From: Patescibacteria group bacterium
GTDB taxonomy: Bacteria > Patescibacteriota > Doudnabacteria > UBA920
NCBI GenBank assembly: GCA_036726225.1
Contig: DAIMCS010000003.1
Coordinates: 73,769-137,768 of the forward strand
Direction of reading: 5' to 3'
DNA: 64,000 nt
The notes under the pieces: generated by a model
Databases searched by the model: none
Told to the model about the DNA's origin: nothing
What the model saw: the letters and a program-made list of their open reading frames with translations, nothing else
Made by a program: the position numbers and the translations under genes
In this document: positions 37,317 to 46,856 of the stretch, piece by piece
Numbering within the stretch: the first letter of the stretch is position 1
Layout: each line of letters opens with the position of its first letter

Positions 37317-37746
37317 GGCTAAGCGCTAAGGGTTTAGGGTATAGAAAATTCAAAAATGGCTATAAATTCTTATAAAGATCTAATTGTTTGGCAAAAATCG
37401 ATGGCTCTGGTAAAAGAGATTTACCGGGTTACAAAGCTAATGCCTAAAACGGAGACTTACATTTTAATTTCACAAATGTTGAGAGCTGCAATTTCCGTTC
37501 CCTCGAATATTGCGGAAGGCTACAAAAGAAATCACCGACCAGAATACAAACAGTTTCTAGGAATGGCTAATGCGTCGGCAGGAGAGCTAGAAACTCAAAT
37601 TTTAATCGCCAAAGAAGAATATAAAAATATCGATTTTACTACAGCAGAAGGCCTAGTTATTGAGATCCAAAAGATGCTACATACTATGATTCTAAAATTT
37701 TAGGTTTTTCCACTTAGCCCTTAGCGCTACACCCTTAACCCTAGAA
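37314..37746. mobile_element. inverted-repeat-bounded cassette carrying a four-helix-bundle protein gene; the left repeat overlaps the dnaB stop and the right repeat ends 3 nt before recR
   Basis: Left tAGGGCTAAGCGCTAAGGGtttagggt, right cttagCCCTTAGCGCTACACCCttaaccct; a near-identical repeat pair recurs at 52962-53042. Confidence 0.65.
37356..37703 (+). CDS. four-helix-bundle protein (TIGR02436; 23S-rRNA-IVS / Avd-like family)
   Basis: DLIVWQKSMALVKEIY...SQMLRAAISVPSNIAEGY...ELETQI signature. Confidence 0.8.
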   Translation: MAINSYKDLIVWQKSMALVKEIYRVTKLMPKTETYILISQMLRAAISVPSNIAEGYKRNHRPEYKQFLGMANASAGELETQILIAKEEYKNIDFTTAEGLVIEIQKMLHTMILKF

Positions 37747-37748
37747 AT

Positions 37749-38354
37749 ATGACTAAATTACCGTCATCGCTGCAAAAACTCATAAACGAACTTTCCCGCC
37801 TCCCGGGAATTGGACCTAAAACCGCTCAGCGGTTGGCTTTTTATTTGCTTAAACAGGATAATATTGATGTTGGCAATTTGTCACAGTCGATTGTCAAAGT
37901 AAAAGACGGCATAGTTTTTTGCTCCACCTGCCACAATATGGGCGAGCAGGATCCTTGCCACACTTGCAGCGATGTTAAGCGGGACCAGTCTATTATTTGC
38001 GTGGTAGAAGAACCGCTGGATGCGCAAGCCATAGACAAATCCGGCCAATATTCCGGAGTTTTCCATATTCTTGGCGGGGTTTTAAATCCGCTGGAAGGCG
38101 TGGGGCCGGAAAATTTAAATATAGAATCCCTGGTTGACCGTTTGGGCAAACAATCCGTGGCAGAAGTAATTATTGCTACCAATCCGTCCCTGGAAGGAGA
38201 AACCACGTCTATGCATTTGCAAAAGGTTATTAAATCACAACATCCGCAAATAAAAATAACCCGCATTGCGCGCGGGTTGCCTATGGGCGGAGATTTAGAA
38301 TACGCGGACGATATAACTTTAATTCGGGCGCTGGAGGGAAGGAGGGAATATTAA
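37749..38354 (+). CDS. recR: recombination protein RecR
   Basis: HhH LPGIGPKTAQRLAFYLL, C4 zinc finger CSTCHNMGEQDPCHTC, Toprim. Confidence 0.9.
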   Translation: MTKLPSSLQKLINELSRLPGIGPKTAQRLAFYLLKQDNIDVGNLSQSIVKVKDGIVFCSTCHNMGEQDPCHTCSDVKRDQSIICVVEEPLDAQAIDKSGQYSGVFHILGGVLNPLEGVGPENLNIESLVDRLGKQSVAEVIIATNPSLEGETTSMHLQKVIKSQHPQIKITRIARGLPMGGDLEYADDITLIRALEGRREY

Positions 38355-38917
38355 TGGGAGAAAAGATGGACAGAGAATTTAAAGAATTTTCAGAAAAACC
38401 AAGATTTTTGGAAATAGGAATTGGTTACGGGCCATTTTATAAATCGATAAAAAGCAATCGTGGGGATAGTATAAGCCTAATTGGTATTGATATTCAGACA
38501 GATTGGCTTAAAAGATTAAAACAGGATAATCCTAATTTGCCTTTGGTAGAAACAAATGCCAGGTTGTTGCCATTCGCTGACGAAACCTTTGATTCTGTTG
38601 TACTAAATTCAGTTTTAGGCGGACCTGATGAGGATTGGTACATGCGACACAAAGAACCAGAAAAAAAAGAATTTGCCAGTAGGAAGTGGGAAATTGTAAT
38701 GGAAGGTTTTAGGGTTTTAAAATCCGGAGGAAGGCTTAAAATTTTTGAATTGTATAGCTTGGTCCGCGAAGATGTATTCTGGGGAATTATTGAACGTTTA
38801 AACAAGGAAGCCCCTTTGCTTAAAGTAATTCGAGATGACGAAGATTTATTAGCTTTAAAACGAAGTAAAAAACCTTTTGATGCTGCATGGGTTTTCGAAA
38901 AATTAAGAAACAAATAA
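38354..38917 (+). CDS. putative class I SAM-dependent methyltransferase
   Basis: LEIGIGYG motif-I-like and LLPFADETFDSVV motif; weak. Confidence 0.45.
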   Translation: MGEKMDREFKEFSEKPRFLEIGIGYGPFYKSIKSNRGDSISLIGIDIQTDWLKRLKQDNPNLPLVETNARLLPFADETFDSVVLNSVLGGPDEDWYMRHKEPEKKEFASRKWEIVMEGFRVLKSGGRLKIFELYSLVREDVFWGIIERLNKEAPLLKVIRDDEDLLALKRSKKPFDAAWVFEKLRNK

Positions 38918-39056
38918 AAAATCCCGCAAGTGTGGGACTTTTTTATATTTTTGTAATTTCAAACTTTTGAAAAGCGTTGCATTGAACCTATTTTTTCCAG
39001 AATTGCTTGTATGGTAAATTGAGCCATGTTATGATGTTCTGATTGAGGAGGAGCTC

Positions 39057-39458
39057 ATGATTAATTTCTTTTCTGTAACGGCCCAAATCGCGGCCCTTTT
39101 CTGGTTGCTTCTCGGTTGGATTACAGGTATCGCCGGTAAACGTCGGATTTCCGGATGGTTCAAACTACGCTGCATGTACTGTATGTACAGGTCCGATTAT
39201 TGGGACAGGGGCGGTCTGTTCTGGAACTGGAAGAAGTTTAAGTATCTGAAACGCAAATACCGAAAGTTTGGCATAAAAGACCCGAATGACCTGCAGTACT
39301 ATTTCTATTTTGACCGAAACGGTCGAACAGAAGCTTTCCTGGCAGAGAGACTTAAGCTCAAACCCCATCAGAAACTTGCTTTTTTTGAGGAAGCTCTAAG
39401 CGACCATCTTCTTTACCCCGTCGATCACGGCTCTGAAGTGCGATGGCATTTAGGTTAG
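39057..39458 (+). CDS. hypothetical protein with N-terminal TM, GC-rich
   Basis: 133-aa ORF, about 48% GC. Confidence 0.4.
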   Translation: MINFFSVTAQIAALFWLLLGWITGIAGKRRISGWFKLRCMYCMYRSDYWDRGGLFWNWKKFKYLKRKYRKFGIKDPNDLQYYFYFDRNGRTEAFLAERLKLKPHQKLAFFEEALSDHLLYPVDHGSEVRWHLG

Positions 39459-39485
39459 AATAACCTCATATCCTTAGCGAAAAAA

Positions 39486-39519
39486 AACGACCATGTTTTC
39501 GGACGTGGTCGTTGATTTT
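39486..39519. terminator. bidirectional rho-independent terminator (A8-stem-T8)
   Basis: aaaaaaaACGACCAtgttttcggacgTGGTCGTtgatttttt; abuts the rplU stop. Confidence 0.7.
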
Positions 39520-39825
39520 TTATACTTTGATAATTTCTACTTCTGTAAAATGCTGTCTGGCGCCAATTTTGCGGCGATATTTGCTTTTGTTCTTGTATTT
39601 TAAAACATGGATTTTTTTGCTTCTTCCCTGTTTTAAAACCTTGCCCTGTACAGTTGCTCCGGAAATAAAAGGTTTGCCAAAAGCAGCGTCGCTGCCCGTT
39701 GAGGTAAAGAGGACTTTATCAAAGGTAACGCTCTTGCCTTCTTCGGCATCCAATTTTTCTACCTGGACTTTGTCGCCTTTGGAAACCAAATACTGTTTTG
39801 AGCCGGATTCGAATATAGCTATCAT
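39520..39825 (-). CDS. rplU: 50S ribosomal protein L21
   Basis: MIAIFESGSKQYLVSKGDKV... L21 family. The track ORF extends to 39927. Confidence 0.85.
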   Translation of the reverse strand: MIAIFESGSKQYLVSKGDKVQVEKLDAEEGKSVTFDKVLFTSTGSDAAFGKPFISGATVQGKVLKQGRSKKIHVLKYKNKSKYRRKIGARQHFTEVEIIKV

Positions 39826-39880
39826 GGTATAAAGTATTATGTATAACGTATTAAGGAATAAAACAACTCTGATAAGTTTA

Positions 39881-41008
39881 TCAAAGTTCGGGCTTTTCGT
39901 CAATTGGCTTGTTTTCGGCATAATCAAACAAATCCGGTATGTGCGGATGCTTGCGCTTGTATAAAATTACGGTCGTAATAGCCAAAACTAACATTACTAA
40001 ACCCAGTAAAAGTAGGGCAATAAGCTTGCCCATACTTTGCAAAAACACTGCCACTGTGCCAAAAATTGCCGAGATGCTGCACAAAAACAGTACGGCCTGT
40101 TTTTGTGTAAAACCAATATCCAAAAGCCTGAAATGTAAATGCTGGCGGTCGCCTTTAAACGGGCTTTTGCCATACCAAAGCCTCCTAAAAATAACCCAAA
40201 CAACATCTAAAATCGGGATGCCCATTACGAGCAACGCCGTGGCAATTTTTGCCCCCAAAATTACGGAAAGCACTCCTAAAGTAAAGCCTGCAAAAGTACT
40301 GCCGCTTTCACCTAAAAAGATGGTGGCGGGGTTAAACGCATAAATTAAATAACCAAGGAGGGCCCCGCTAAAAATAATGGCCAGGTTTGCGGTAATTGGT
40401 TGGTTAACGTTCGGGCCAAGGGAAATGGCGAAAATGGTAAGCCCGCCCACAAACGCAATGCCGCCACAAAGGCCGTCCAGGCCGTCTAAAAATTTGGTGG
40501 TAAAAATCATACCCATCATCCATAGCCAGACCAGAATAACGGATAACTTAAAATTTATAACTGATAACAAAGAAAAACTGTAATCTATACTTATTTGAGG
40601 GCCGCCAAAAGGGTTGGTAATTTCTTTAATTCCAACGCCAATGCCGGACCAAACTACTATTGCAGAAGCTATGGCGGGAAATAGCCACAAAATTTTAGGA
40701 GGCAGGTTAAATTTATCATCCAAAGCCCCGCCAATTATTAAAACTAAGCCCCCAAAAATAATTCCACAAAAAAATTTTACCGGTACAATATTAAAATCCG
40801 GCCTGGCTAAAAAAATATAAACCAAAAGCGCTGTTAAAAAACTAAAAAATACAGCCACCCCGCCTAAAAAAGGAATAGGCTTGCCGTGGATTTTACGGGC
40901 CTGGTTTGGAAGGTCTAAAACATTCCATTTTACTGCAGCTGCCCTGACTATCGGAGTTACGCCTAAAGCAATTGCGAAAGCAAGCAGGAAAAAGAGCAAA
41001 TATATCAT
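39881..41008 (-). CDS. polyprenyl-phosphate sugar-1-phosphate transferase (WecA/MraY family, GT4 superfamily)
   Basis: NQARKIHGKPIPFLGG and DGLDGL motifs; about 10 TM. Confidence 0.75.
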   Translation of the reverse strand: MIYLLFFLLAFAIALGVTPIVRAAAVKWNVLDLPNQARKIHGKPIPFLGGVAVFFSFLTALLVYIFLARPDFNIVPVKFFCGIIFGGLVLIIGGALDDKFNLPPKILWLFPAIASAIVVWSGIGVGIKEITNPFGGPQISIDYSFSLLSVINFKLSVILVWLWMMGMIFTTKFLDGLDGLCGGIAFVGGLTIFAISLGPNVNQPITANLAIIFSGALLGYLIYAFNPATIFLGESGSTFAGFTLGVLSVILGAKIATALLVMGIPILDVVWVIFRRLWYGKSPFKGDRQHLHFRLLDIGFTQKQAVLFLCSISAIFGTVAVFLQSMGKLIALLLLGLVMLVLAITTVILYKRKHPHIPDLFDYAENKPIDEKPEL

Positions 41009-42666
41009 AAATGTTTTATGCTTTGCATTTCTTTCATCATTAGCCCCGTACTCTCACCCTTGCGGGTTTTTGGCGTGACCCAAAACTCCAAATAACGGCC
41101 GAACATTAGCCGTGTTTGGGCTTCTACAGCCGGGAGACTGCCGAAAATTACGGAAGTAAGCGGCACCAAAAACCACTGCAAATACATCATTACACTCTTA
41201 ATGGGACCGTACTTTTTTGGCCGCGGGGGCAAGAGCACCAAGTTTATATAAACGCTAAAAATTAAAAAGCCCGTGGCAATGGTCATTAACGCTTTGGTCG
41301 CAAAGGGCAAATTATAACCAATAACGCTGCCCCTAAAAGCGTCGCCGCCTAAAAAAAGCGGCAACCAGCCTAAAGAAGAAATTAAAATGCTGGCCGCGGC
41401 CCAGTTAAAGTTCCCTTCGACATATTGGTAAAGCTTCCTGGCTTTGTCCCAAAACCTTGCCTTGTTTTTTAACAGCTTAGGAATTAAATGCGGGTAATAC
41501 TCAACGTTATATGCCCAACGGCGCTTTTGTTTGTACTGGTTAATTAAAGTTTGCCAGGTAGTTTTAGCCAAACAGGTATCCAAAGAAATGGGAATGAACA
41601 GCGGGGCAACCTGGTAATCCCCGTTGTAATGCAAATAACACTGCCAATAAATAAAGCCGTCTTCGTTTACAATATCTTTTCTCCAAAAACCAACTTCAAT
41701 TAAGGCCTTAAGCGTCATGGTATGCGACGAAAAAGTACGGAGCCTGTCAGGCCGGCTGCTTTCCGTAAATTGCCAAAAAGAGTTGGATACCGAAACTATG
41801 CGGATAAAAGCGGGCGTGTCCCAAATATTGTTGTTGTAAATAGCAATTGGCTGGTAGCTCGTCTGGTAGGGTTTTTCTGCGGTTAAAAATTCAAAAATTA
41901 CCCGCGCAAAATATTGGGGATGCACAATGGTATCGGAATCAAAGTTAGAAACCAAAATCCGGTTTACCTCAATGTTAAGCTTTTCCAATTCCGGCAAAAT
42001 TTGCTGCACGGCATAAGAGGCGTTGGCGCTTTTGCCCTTAATTTCGCCTTCCAAGCCGTCGGGATGCACAGTAACAAAAAACTTAAAAAATTTATTTTCG
42101 TACTTTTGCCTAATTTGGGCTGCAACTTTTTGGGCTTCTTCTCCCGCTCTTGCCTCACTTCCCAAAACTAAAATCATTTTTTCCTTCGGGTAATTAACCG
42201 CGGCCAGCGCCCCAAGCGTAGAATCTAAAATTTCAAAACTTTCGTCAATAAAAGGAATGAGTATAAGGTGATAAAAATTTTCAAAGTCCCCGCCCTCACG
42301 TCCAAGGCTAACTAAGCGCCTGATTTTTTTAATCTCTTCGCCGTAAAATTTCCTGCGCGTAGAACCGACAGCCAATTTTTGCTTATTTTCCAAAAATGGC
42401 AAAAATTCCGAAAAGTTATTCAAGCGGCGGCTAAAGTCCAACCAGTCCATTGTCACCGCAACCCGAAATTTTTTATAGGCAGCAACTAAGTGCATTGCCA
42501 CGTTGAGGGCTTTTAGCACCCAGTAGAAATCGAAGCACACTATAAAAATTGCAGCCCATATTGGCCGGAAGTAAGAAAGCAAAACAGCACCAAAAAAGAC
42601 CGTCCAAAGTTGGAGGCCGGGCAGCATTTCCCATAAACGCTCTTGATAGGTGCGTTTTCTGAACAT
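41005..42666 (-). CDS. membrane GT2-family glycosyltransferase (processive synthase-like)
   Basis: GT-A fold with a D,D,D pattern and Q(K)RRW motif (KQKRRWAYN); flanking TM helices. Confidence 0.75.
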   Translation of the reverse strand: MFRKRTYQERLWEMLPGLQLWTVFFGAVLLSYFRPIWAAIFIVCFDFYWVLKALNVAMHLVAAYKKFRVAVTMDWLDFSRRLNNFSEFLPFLENKQKLAVGSTRRKFYGEEIKKIRRLVSLGREGGDFENFYHLILIPFIDESFEILDSTLGALAAVNYPKEKMILVLGSEARAGEEAQKVAAQIRQKYENKFFKFFVTVHPDGLEGEIKGKSANASYAVQQILPELEKLNIEVNRILVSNFDSDTIVHPQYFARVIFEFLTAEKPYQTSYQPIAIYNNNIWDTPAFIRIVSVSNSFWQFTESSRPDRLRTFSSHTMTLKALIEVGFWRKDIVNEDGFIYWQCYLHYNGDYQVAPLFIPISLDTCLAKTTWQTLINQYKQKRRWAYNVEYYPHLIPKLLKNKARFWDKARKLYQYVEGNFNWAAASILISSLGWLPLFLGGDAFRGSVIGYNLPFATKALMTIATGFLIFSVYINLVLLPPRPKKYGPIKSVMMYLQWFLVPLTSVIFGSLPAVEAQTRLMFGRYLEFWVTPKTRKGESTGLMMKEMQSIKHL

Positions 42667-42674
42667 ACCAAAAA

Positions 42675-43031
42675 CTAGTTCACTTTAATTAAAAAAATTA
42701 TTGAAACCAGGGCTGCGAGTTGAGCAGTGAGACTGGCAAAAAGGCACAACATAGAATAAAATTCCGGACTGCCCCTGAGCTTTTTAAACAAAACGAAATT
42801 GATTATTGATATTGCTGCTGCAATGCCGGGGATTAAATATAAATTTTGACCTTTGCCGTACCAGAGCACGCCTGCCAAGACATTATACTTAAGCGCAAGA
42901 CTCTGCCCTTCGGGCCGAATTTTGAAATAAAGGATAGAAAATGTTATAATATTCAAAATAAGGCATAAGACCCACAGAAACCAAACATTCTTAAAAACAC
43001 GGCCGGCTTTTTGGATCCAAAGATTTTTCAA
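42675..43031 (-). CDS. small 4-TM membrane protein
   Basis: 118-aa hydrophobic ORF. Confidence 0.4.
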   Translation of the reverse strand: MKNLWIQKAGRVFKNVWFLWVLCLILNIITFSILYFKIRPEGQSLALKYNVLAGVLWYGKGQNLYLIPGIAAAISIINFVLFKKLRGSPEFYSMLCLFASLTAQLAALVSIIFLIKVN

Positions 43032-43103
43032 TGTAAAAACTTTGCTTATTTATAAGGTTTGTCGTTAAATTATACTACAAATTTGGGATTTTTGCCACCC
43101 TAA

Positions 43104-44924
43104 ATGACTTTAAAACAAAAACTATTTTTGGCAGGGATACTTGCTTTAGCGTTATTTTTCCGATTTTACCAAATTTCAGAAATGCCCGGCGGGCTTTTCC
43201 CGGACGAAGCTGCAAATGGATTAGACATAAATTTAATGCAGCAAGGCCAATTGGAACCTTTTTACGAAAGGGGCAATGGAAGGGAAGCGCTGTTTTTTTA
43301 TATGCTGTGGGGTAGTGTTGAAATTTTTGGCAAAGGCCCATGGCAGCACCACATTGTCTCGGCTGCAGTCGGGGTCCTGGCGGTCTTACTTTGTTTTTTA
43401 GTTACCAGACGCCTGTTTTCTTTGGTAACGGAGGAAACTGAAATTACCGACGCGCCTGCTGTATTAACCAGTATGTTTCCAAAAAATCTTTTGTCCTCCG
43501 CAGTCGAAGTCCACGCCCCTGCTTACGGGACCGCAAATGCTTCTGTTTGGCTAAAAGCAACCAACCTCGCCCTGCTGGCAAGTTTTTTAATGGCAATTTC
43601 TACCTGGCACGTGGTTTTATCCAGAACCGCATTTAGAGCCAACCTTATTCCGCTTTTCACCTCGCTTACTTTATATTTTTTGCTCTGCACTTACCAGGCA
43701 ATTGGAAAAAAGAAACAATTCTTTTACTCTTTTTTGACCGGCGCAGCATTCGCATTGGGCTTTTATTGTTACATTGCTTACCGGGTTTTAGTGCCCATTC
43801 TTTTTATGCTAATTTTATGGCCGCTTCTGGCAAAGCTTAAAGAGCGACAATTTTGGCAAACAGTTATTAGTTATAAATTATCAATTATCGGTTTTCTATT
43901 AGCTTTTGTTATTTTTATCTTCCCTCTTGCCAAATACTTTTACACTCACCCTGGTTCTTTTGTGGGCAGGAGCGGGCAAGTAAGCGTTTTTAATCCTGAA
44001 TTAAACCAGGGCAATTTGCCCGCCGCCGTCTGGCAGGTATTTAAAGAAAGCATCTTAGGGTATTTTACAGCGGGTGATTTAAACTGGCGCCACAACATTA
44101 GCGGTTTTCCATTTCTTTCCCAGCTGATCAGTCCATTTTTCGCAGTCGGGTTAATATTAATTACCGCGTTTGCCGTTGTTTATTTTTTTTCGCCAAACAA
44201 AAGATCGGGCTGGTGGAAATATTTTTTACTTGCCGGCTGGTTTTGGGGCATGCTTTTGCCGGTAATAACTACGGCCGAGGGCATACCGCACGGTCTTAGG
44301 GCTATTGGCACTATACCGGTAGTGTTTATTGTTTGTGCCTGGGCTTTATATGAGTTCGCGCAAATTATAATAAAGCTGCACAAAAAGCTGTGGCAGCACC
44401 TTTTATACAGGCCAAATGACCCTAAATGGGCCCAAGAAAACCATTTTGTGCCCTTGAAGCTAAAATTTGTAAATTTTGTTTTAAAGCTTCTGGTTGCCTG
44501 TTTTGTTATTGCCCTAATTTCCCAAACCTACTTTCTATATTTCACCTATGCGGCAAATTCCCCTGAAAATTTTTACTCCTTTAGGAGTGACTTAACTTTT
44601 ATAAGTAAATACCTGGTCTCAAGATGCGACAAGGCGCACACCTATTTAGTTTTAGATAAATTTTCAGTCCAAACCACAGACTATTTAACCAGCAACTGGC
44701 ACGGGGATTTTAAAGACAGCTGTAATGTCCCCTACCAACAGGTTGATCCGGAAAACGCCTGGCAGCTTTCTAACTTAAAAGTCGGCGATGAAATTGTATT
44801 TGCTCAATCTTCCCTTTTTGACATAAAAAAATTCAAACTTTATCACAAAAATGCGCGCTTAACGGAACAAAATCAAAATAAATTTAAACAAACAATAATG
44901 GCGGTTTACGAAATTAAAAATTAA
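43104..44924 (+). CDS. GT39/ArnT/PMT-like polytopic glycosyltransferase
   Basis: N-terminal FYQISEMPGGLFPDEAANG (DE motif of GT-C) and many TM helices. Confidence 0.7.
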   Translation: MTLKQKLFLAGILALALFFRFYQISEMPGGLFPDEAANGLDINLMQQGQLEPFYERGNGREALFFYMLWGSVEIFGKGPWQHHIVSAAVGVLAVLLCFLVTRRLFSLVTEETEITDAPAVLTSMFPKNLLSSAVEVHAPAYGTANASVWLKATNLALLASFLMAISTWHVVLSRTAFRANLIPLFTSLTLYFLLCTYQAIGKKKQFFYSFLTGAAFALGFYCYIAYRVLVPILFMLILWPLLAKLKERQFWQTVISYKLSIIGFLLAFVIFIFPLAKYFYTHPGSFVGRSGQVSVFNPELNQGNLPAAVWQVFKESILGYFTAGDLNWRHNISGFPFLSQLISPFFAVGLILITAFAVVYFFSPNKRSGWWKYFLLAGWFWGMLLPVITTAEGIPHGLRAIGTIPVVFIVCAWALYEFAQIIIKLHKKLWQHLLYRPNDPKWAQENHFVPLKLKFVNFVLKLLVACFVIALISQTYFLYFTYAANSPENFYSFRSDLTFISKYLVSRCDKAHTYLVLDKFSVQTTDYLTSNWHGDFKDSCNVPYQQVDPENAWQLSNLKVGDEIVFAQSSLFDIKKFKLYHKNARLTEQNQNKFKQTIMAVYEIKN

Positions 44925-44936
44925 CACCCTCGATTA

Positions 44937-46523
44937 ATGAAAAAATATTTACCGATTATTTGCATATTAGTTTTAGGGATAATTTTAAGGTTTTACCACA
45001 ACTTAGACATTTCACTCTGGCATGACGAAGCTTTTTCGGCTTTAATGCTTAGGTACCCCTGGCAGGAAATGTTCTACCGTTTGGGCTTAGATGTGCATCC
45101 ACCAGCTTATTACGTCGCACTAAGGCTTTGGCATTACGCTTTTGGCGATTCGCTGCTGGCGCTTCGGGGTTTTTCAATATTCTTTGGGGTGGGGACAATT
45201 TGGGCCGGCTGGATGTTTGTAAAGGAAGCTTTTAAAAACGAGAAGGCTGCTCTGTGGGCTGCTCTTTTGCTGGCCATAAATCCTTTTGCGTTAAGGTTTG
45301 CTACTGAAGCGCGAATGTACACCTTTGGCGCCTTTTTTGCGCTTTTAGCCGGTTATTTTTTAATTAGAGCATTAAACTTCCAAAAACTTTTTTACGAGTA
45401 CCACTTCCAGAATATGCCCAACCTGCCCGACGCAATTAAAAGCAGGCGGCTGATGGTTTGGCACTACTTAGGCTTTACCGTTTCTACAGCGATAATTATT
45501 TATACACACTATTATCTATTTTTTACAGCAGCAGCTTTAGGTATTTATGGCTTAATTTATCTTTTCTTTCACCATCAAGGCGGATTAAAAAAGTACTACC
45601 CCTTACTTATTTCTTACTTCTTAATTTTTATTTCTTTCCTACCTTGGCTTAAGACTTTCCTGTTCCAGTTAGGCCAAGTAGGCGCGGGATATTGGATTCC
45701 CAAAATGAATTTGTGGAGCATCCCGGCCACCTTTTGGGATATGTTGTTGGGTTTTTCAAGGGACATTGGAAATCCGCAAACCCAAATGTGGCTTACAGTT
45801 ACTTTTCTTTTTAGCCTTTTTATGCTTTTTATGTTCCTAAGAAGAACGGAGAGTTTTAATAAATGGCTGGTAGTTTTTACCGTGCTTTTCCCTTTTTTAG
45901 GCGCAATTGGGTTTGCGGTTTTAGCCAGGCTTAAGGGCAGCTCTTCTTCAGTTTATTTGGACAGATACTTTTTGTTTGCTTCGGTTTACTATTCCATTGC
46001 ACTTGCCGTGTGGCTCAAGGAAATAAAAATTAAAAATTTGTCAATTGGGCTGTTTATTGTATATGTGTGTTTAAATTTTGTAGCGTTTCTAAATTATTGG
46101 GACAAGTTGGATGTCTCAAGCAAGCCGGGCATGGCGGCAGCTGCAAAATTTTTACATGCCAACGTTGAACCAAAGCAACATATATTTTTAGGAACATCTT
46201 TTGAATTCTTTAACTACAAATACTACAACCAAACCGGCTTTGGCACACCGGTAAGTCCTTTGCTTTACACCGGCGGACGCTACAAGGCCTCCCAAATGTC
46301 CCACATAGAAGGCGTTGCTATGCTCACAGACCGGGATTTGTTGCCCAATTTCAGAGATTTTGTAAATACCGGGGACACGGTTTGGATGGTTTGGACCAAT
46401 GCCTTTGGTTCTAACAAGCCGGATTTGCCCCTAAATTGGACTCAAATTGACGAAAAGGAATATCCGGAGGTTCGGCCTTATCCGGGCACAAGCATTTATG
46501 TAAGCGAGTATAAGGTGAATTAA
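44937..46523 (+). CDS. second GT39/ArnT/PMT-like glycosyltransferase
   Basis: LWHDEAFSALML...VHPPAYYVAL GT-C signature. Confidence 0.7.
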   Translation: MKKYLPIICILVLGIILRFYHNLDISLWHDEAFSALMLRYPWQEMFYRLGLDVHPPAYYVALRLWHYAFGDSLLALRGFSIFFGVGTIWAGWMFVKEAFKNEKAALWAALLLAINPFALRFATEARMYTFGAFFALLAGYFLIRALNFQKLFYEYHFQNMPNLPDAIKSRRLMVWHYLGFTVSTAIIIYTHYYLFFTAAALGIYGLIYLFFHHQGGLKKYYPLLISYFLIFISFLPWLKTFLFQLGQVGAGYWIPKMNLWSIPATFWDMLLGFSRDIGNPQTQMWLTVTFLFSLFMLFMFLRRTESFNKWLVVFTVLFPFLGAIGFAVLARLKGSSSSVYLDRYFLFASVYYSIALAVWLKEIKIKNLSIGLFIVYVCLNFVAFLNYWDKLDVSSKPGMAAAAKFLHANVEPKQHIFLGTSFEFFNYKYYNQTGFGTPVSPLLYTGGRYKASQMSHIEGVAMLTDRDLLPNFRDFVNTGDTVWMVWTNAFGSNKPDLPLNWTQIDEKEYPEVRPYPGTSIYVSEYKVN

Positions 46524-46620
46524 AAAATTTTTGACTTAAATTTTTTAATTCATCCCGAACGAAGTGAGGGATCTAAAATTTAGAGCAAAAAATTTTAGTA
46601 GGCTCTTAAACTATACATGT

Positions 46621-46651
46621 TAAAAATACCCCTTGATCAAGGGGTATTTTT
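46621..46651 (+). terminator. rho-independent terminator
   Basis: ATACCCCTTGATCAAGGGGTAT + TTTT. Confidence 0.65.
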
Positions 46652-46856
46652 GGAATACAATATTGTAATGAGAGAAAAAACGGAAGAAGGGTTGTTTGTT
46701 GATGCGCAGATTGCAGTACAGGCCTGCGTAATTGCATTAGCAATCGTCGGGTTCTTAGTTTTGCCCGTCGTGATAATTCAAGAGACGCTTAGACGTGCTG
46801 TGTCAGTCGTCCAATCGTTTTAAGGGTAGAAGTGTCGGATCCTTTATCCGGCACTT

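Noticed and set aside
39170-39195. SOS-box-like palindrome ctgtatgtacag
   Set aside because: It has an N4 spacer instead of N8 and lies inside a coding region.
46617-46823. 68-aa plus-strand ORF after the GT39 genes
   Set aside because: It begins inside the upstream terminator hairpin and has no SD. A shorter 51-aa version (start 46668) remains possible but is unsupported.
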